Assembly: GCA_020536535.1 (NCBI GenBank)
Contig: JAHLWZ010000424.1
Coordinates: forward strand, 73,340-137,339
DNA: 64,000 nt
DNA from: Pelomyxa schiedti
Lineage: Eukaryota > Protista > Evosea
Reading direction: 5' to 3'
Shown here: piece after piece, positions 60,001-64,000 of the stretch
How the letters are laid out: each line of letters starts with the position of its first letter
How positions within the stretch are numbered: the first letter of the stretch is position 1
Notes under the pieces: model-generated
The model's database searches: none
The model's input: the letters and a program-made list of their open reading frames with translations, nothing else
Told to the model about the DNA's origin: nothing
Position numbers and translations under genes: made by a program

Positions 60001-62819
60001 TCCATACTTGGTGACAAATTTCTTAGGTACGGTCAACCCTCATGCAAACAAACAGTTATAAGTTACTTGCAAGTTGTCCCCCCTTTGCTCCTTAGGTTTA
60101 GAGAGTAAGAGAGCAAATTCTTCAGTAGGCCTCAATCTATCTATCAACCGTATACCTTGAAAAAATATTTGTATAAGAAATGGCTGGGTGTGGGAGAGGG
60201 GACAATACTTCTTTCCGTGAAACACACAAATGAGTCAGGGCTCGTTGTGTGTTGTAGAGTTCGGGGTTCTGTGGCATAAGGTGAACTTTCTTGAACAATC
60301 ATTAATCTTGAAACGTCTCCACGTGACTTCTCTTCGATATTCCTGGCTACGAACAAGAGCACAGGCTCCCTGATCTAACATGTGTTACTGAGAAGTGGTA
60401 ATGAAGAACTCTACGGGAAGAGAAGAAACAGTCTCCATATAGACTTTGCCTCTGTAAACCACAAAGAAATATAAGGTTGATGATCTCATATTTTGAAACT
60501 AAAAAATGTGGGAAAGTTTACTGTGTTGAGTCATCCAGTGGACAGGAAGGTGCAATAGCAAATGTAGCTGGACCATGAAAGATGTCATAACTCAACAAAA
60601 AGAAGCCCTTGGAATACACAGAAGCCTGTACTTGGACGTATTTATCTACGAGAAATAAGATATCTTAAGTCCACTAAACATAAGCTTACTGCTGTTAAGA
60701 TCCGGTGCTAGGCGACAGTGGAGTATTTCCAGTTGAAAGGGGCGTTTATCTACGAACTGTAAAGAGGTCAAAGAATGGTAAATAAGGGTAGTGTAGGCCT
60801 GCCTCATTAGTGGTTGTAAAATAGACACGTGAGCCGGTAAGAGTAACTGCCACCAAATGGAGGAGGCGGGAGTCCTCCTTTGAGATGGGAAAAATTCCTT
60901 GGAAGAAACACTTCATTTCCATTTTAGAATGGAGAAAAGACAAAAAATATAAATAACCTTGGAAAGATAACCATTGACATCTAAGGTTGCCCATTTATCC
61001 TGAGATGGTCTCCCTTTACCATCTTGAGGAACTTTCCCGGCTTGCTTTTTATTGTATAAGTGGGAAAGCCAGAGAAAGAAGTCTTACCATGTATCTTTCA
61101 TACATTTCATCAATAACATCGTCAGAGGGAGGAAGTCTGGGATCCTGTGTTACATTAGTACCTCCACACACGCGGCGCTATATTAACTTGTCTAAGGAGA
61201 GGCTCTTGATTTGTCAACACAGGTATATGCTTCCACGGTTCTCGTAGTTCAGCGGCCTGGGCAGGAACGATATCTCCATGTTCTGGAGTATGATGTGTAC
61301 ATTAGGATAATGGTTGTGTCTTCCATTAAATATAATTCTCACCTCCAAGATCATAAACCTTTAGGGTTGAGTTACTGGAAAGTGTGTAAAGAATATGTCT
61401 GTCATTGTCAACTACAGCATCAACCAGAGGATCATCGGAAGCAAACCTAAACCAAGATTGGGGAGAAACAAAGAGATGATGCCAATTAAAACCATTTAAT
61501 AAAGCCAAGATCAAAAAAGTGGGAGCGTGAACTGACTTTACGGCAATGTCTTTGTGACCACAAGTTTGCAAATGTTGAAGAAGCTTTCTGTGGCAAGTTT
61601 ATGAAGACAGTTATTATTGGCAATTATATACTTGGTATTCTAGTTCATAGAGGGCACCATCAGAGCCACATGCAAAAATCCGACCATTATCCGTACCAAT
61701 CAGTTTACGCATTACTACCCCTCCATCATTTGGAAACATGGTAGCTGATATAGTAGTTGGATAATTGAAAATCAAATAGCAAACCAGTAAACTCACCTGG
61801 AGTGCATTCCAAACGACCAGTGGCTGCCAGAGAAAGACTGAGAAAGTGAATATTCTCAAAGGTGGATACAACAAGAATGAATTTTGGATCACCAGTCATC
61901 TGTGAAGTTTCAGAACAAGAAAAATCTGGGTCAGGGGAAATTACTTTTGTTTTTACAACCACAGTAGCCTGAATAACTGAAGGAAAAGCTTGAGACATTA
62001 CACATTGCTCCAACCTGTAACAAAAGTTACAGTGCGATAAGCATGGATGATGGAGGGAATTATGTACTTAGAATATTCCCAGATGAAAAGTTCATTATCC
62101 ACAGACACCCAAGCATGTTCAATTTCTGGATATACACCACTTTGGGTGCTGAATTGCATATCTTTTTTTTTTAGGGAGTAACAATAGGTTTTGTCAGTTG
62201 AAAACACGAATTAAATCCTTTTAGTTACCATGGTGTCTCTGTAGGATTCTAACAGGGATACTTATGGGGCCAGACACAGATGCCAAAGCTTCTGGCGGGG
62301 TATACACGTAATCCGATGAAAAAAGGACATTACGAAATGGTGTTGCTGGATCCACAGGAGAGCTGGTCCACGTTCATGTTTAGGGGAAGGGGAAAAAAAA
62401 AAAAATGGGGAGAGAGACACGCACTTTCTTTCGATGTCATCCATTGCATCGGCCATATTTTCCACACACGCTCGCCACCCGTCGTCCGGCACGAACACCT
62501 CGTCGCTGCCGTTTACGGCTCCCCTCGCGGCCGCCGTCGTCGTAAACATATCCCCCACGCCCCCGCCCTCGGCACCGCTCCTCCCCATCACGGTGCTGCT
62601 GCTGCTCGCGGCAGCGGACCCCTCGCCCCCCCGCGGTCCCCATGTTGGGGGCTCCGGCCCGGGGGTCCCGCCGCCTCCCCCGACCCTGGCTCTCTTGGCC
62701 GGCCTCGCCTGCGCCGCCGACGGGGAGGCCACCACTGCTGCCGACTCCTGCGCTCGTCGCTGTGCCTGCTGGGCGTCCGGGTCGCACGTCGCGTCGTAGC
62801 GCTCCTCGTCGAGGTCCAT
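57050..62819 (-). CDS. NUP155: Nucleoporin Nup155/Nup170, many exons
   Basis: GVYPEIEHAWVSVDNELFIWEY, VVKTKV..FILVVST, GTDNGRIFACGSDGALYELEY, VDAVVDNDRHILYTLSSNSTLKVYDLG. C-terminal exons (LWRMII, LIDALEQ, EVYDNLY, HLLEVI) continue to TAA at 57050-57052. Confidence 0.9.
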
Positions 62820-62970
62820 CGCGTGCTGGTTCGATCTGTTAAGCCAAAATGAAATTTTTGTGTTTGGCATGTGGCTGAATAAAATAATCAACAGACCGGA
62901 ACGCCGTCATTTTCGTTATCGTCGCTCAGTCTCGGCGGTCTGGTGTTTTTTTTATTCAGCCATGTGCTGA

Positions 62971-63978
62971 ATGGTGGCCCTGCCTCCTTGCAGCTACTAC
63001 CTCTTGTTCGTCGTCACTTCCACCACTCAGGTGCCAACTGTCAAAGTTGTCGTCTTCGCTGACGCTGTTGAGCAGATCCAAGGGAAGGAACCTGATAGTG
63101 GTAAAGGTGCTGTATATAGTGGGCCCACAAGGTCGGCTACCGCTCCGACTGAGGAGGGGGAGGATCAGGCTGGGCTCGGGCCAGTGGGCCAGGGGTCAGC
63201 AGTTATCGAATTGTGGGATTATAGACCGAGTTGGCTGTGGCCGAGGCTCGATTGGTGCGAAAACAGCGGGGGAAAATTAGCTGAGGTATTTGTCAGACAA
63301 AAGTGGCCAGAAGTTCCATTTGAGATTGAGACTGCCGAGGCTTGCTCGTTGGTGCCCACGGCACTGCGGATTCTGGGCGGATACCACCATTGATTGCGAG
63401 TTCCACGAAATTATCTAGCTGTGGAATCACCACAACTCCAAGTGGGCGAATGAATTCTGTGGGCTCTGCCTGTCACCGGCTCGTTGAAAACCGAGATTCG
63501 GCAGAAGCAACTATTTGTCTTGGAAATGACAGGTACTTAGTTCCACCACACTCCGCGTTTGTAATGACTGATGCGAGTTCCTTTCCGTTGGATGTAAAGG
63601 AGGTCCTTCAGTCCACTATCGCACTTGCAGAATCACTACAACAACGAATGGCTTCGATTGCGTCATTATAGACCCACCATGGAAGAATAAAAGTGCCCAG
63701 CGAGCACATGTTTACCACACCCTGCCCGATGACGAACTCTGAGCAAACCGGCTACAGGCAGTGCCGAAACCTCACTCTCTTGTGGCTAACAAATGGGTCA
63801 AAGTAACCTCCTTCGCGGAATTCCCCTGCCCCGTGTCATCCACAAGAAGCCCTACGAACCAGTGGCCGTTGGAATTACCCCGTGCGGCGCTCCAACCTGC
63901 ACAAAGTGCTCCTCCAATCTCACGTCTACCACAGCACCCTGCAGAACCCAGGGAGCGAAGTCCCCGGCATCTGCCTGA
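62971..63978 (+). pseudogene. METTL4: MT-A70/METTL4-like N6-adenine methyltransferase with in-frame stop, deletion and frameshift
   Basis: RYLVPPHSAFVMTD, FDCVIIDPPWKNKSAQR..YHTL, then TGA at 63740-63742, WVKVT, and HKKPYE in a different frame. Confidence 0.7.
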
Positions 63979-64000
63979 AATACAACAACCTCCAGCACCA

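Noticed and set aside
63740-63742. In-frame TGA in METTL4 as selenocysteine or readthrough
   Set aside because: The position is not a conserved Cys, no SECIS-like hairpin was seen, and an additional frameshift and deletion are present.

Overview
A compact, intron-dense eukaryotic genomic window. It holds about 28 spliced protein genes with mostly 40-60 nt GT-AG introns, short intergenic gaps and one 100-N scaffold gap. Gene content (ADP-forming acetyl-CoA synthetase, Rab32, Sel1 repeats) and style suggest an anaerobic amoebozoan, possibly a Pelomyxa-like archamoeba; this is an inference, not a confirmed identification. Recognisable protein genes are ADP-forming ACS, KAE1, RPL28, LUC7, a NEK kinase, an APC permease, a metallophosphoesterase, an SLC43-like MFS transporter, a VPS9 GEF, a cardiolipin-synthase-like CDP-alcohol transferase, a CCCH-Nudix protein, two alpha/beta hydrolases, an F-box-TBC fusion, Rab32, an acylphosphatase-like protein, TMCO1, SSR1, an Ariadne E3 ligase, an ADP-ribosylglycohydrolase, 14-3-3, a Sel1 protein, an aquaporin, RPF2, NXF1, RPS27, NUP155 and a disrupted METTL4. 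A clear U2 snRNA gene lies at 48193-48407 (-). The main finding is an unannotated ~460-nt, extensively base-paired RNA-like element at 17015-17481 (+). Its two ends pair with each other, it ends in a T6 tract, and it carries the same CCCATAA upstream element, at nearly the same distance, as the U2 gene. A second ~450-nt structured, possibly pseudoknotted, element lies at ~4551-4997. Exon boundaries were read by eye, so gene ends are approximate where stated.
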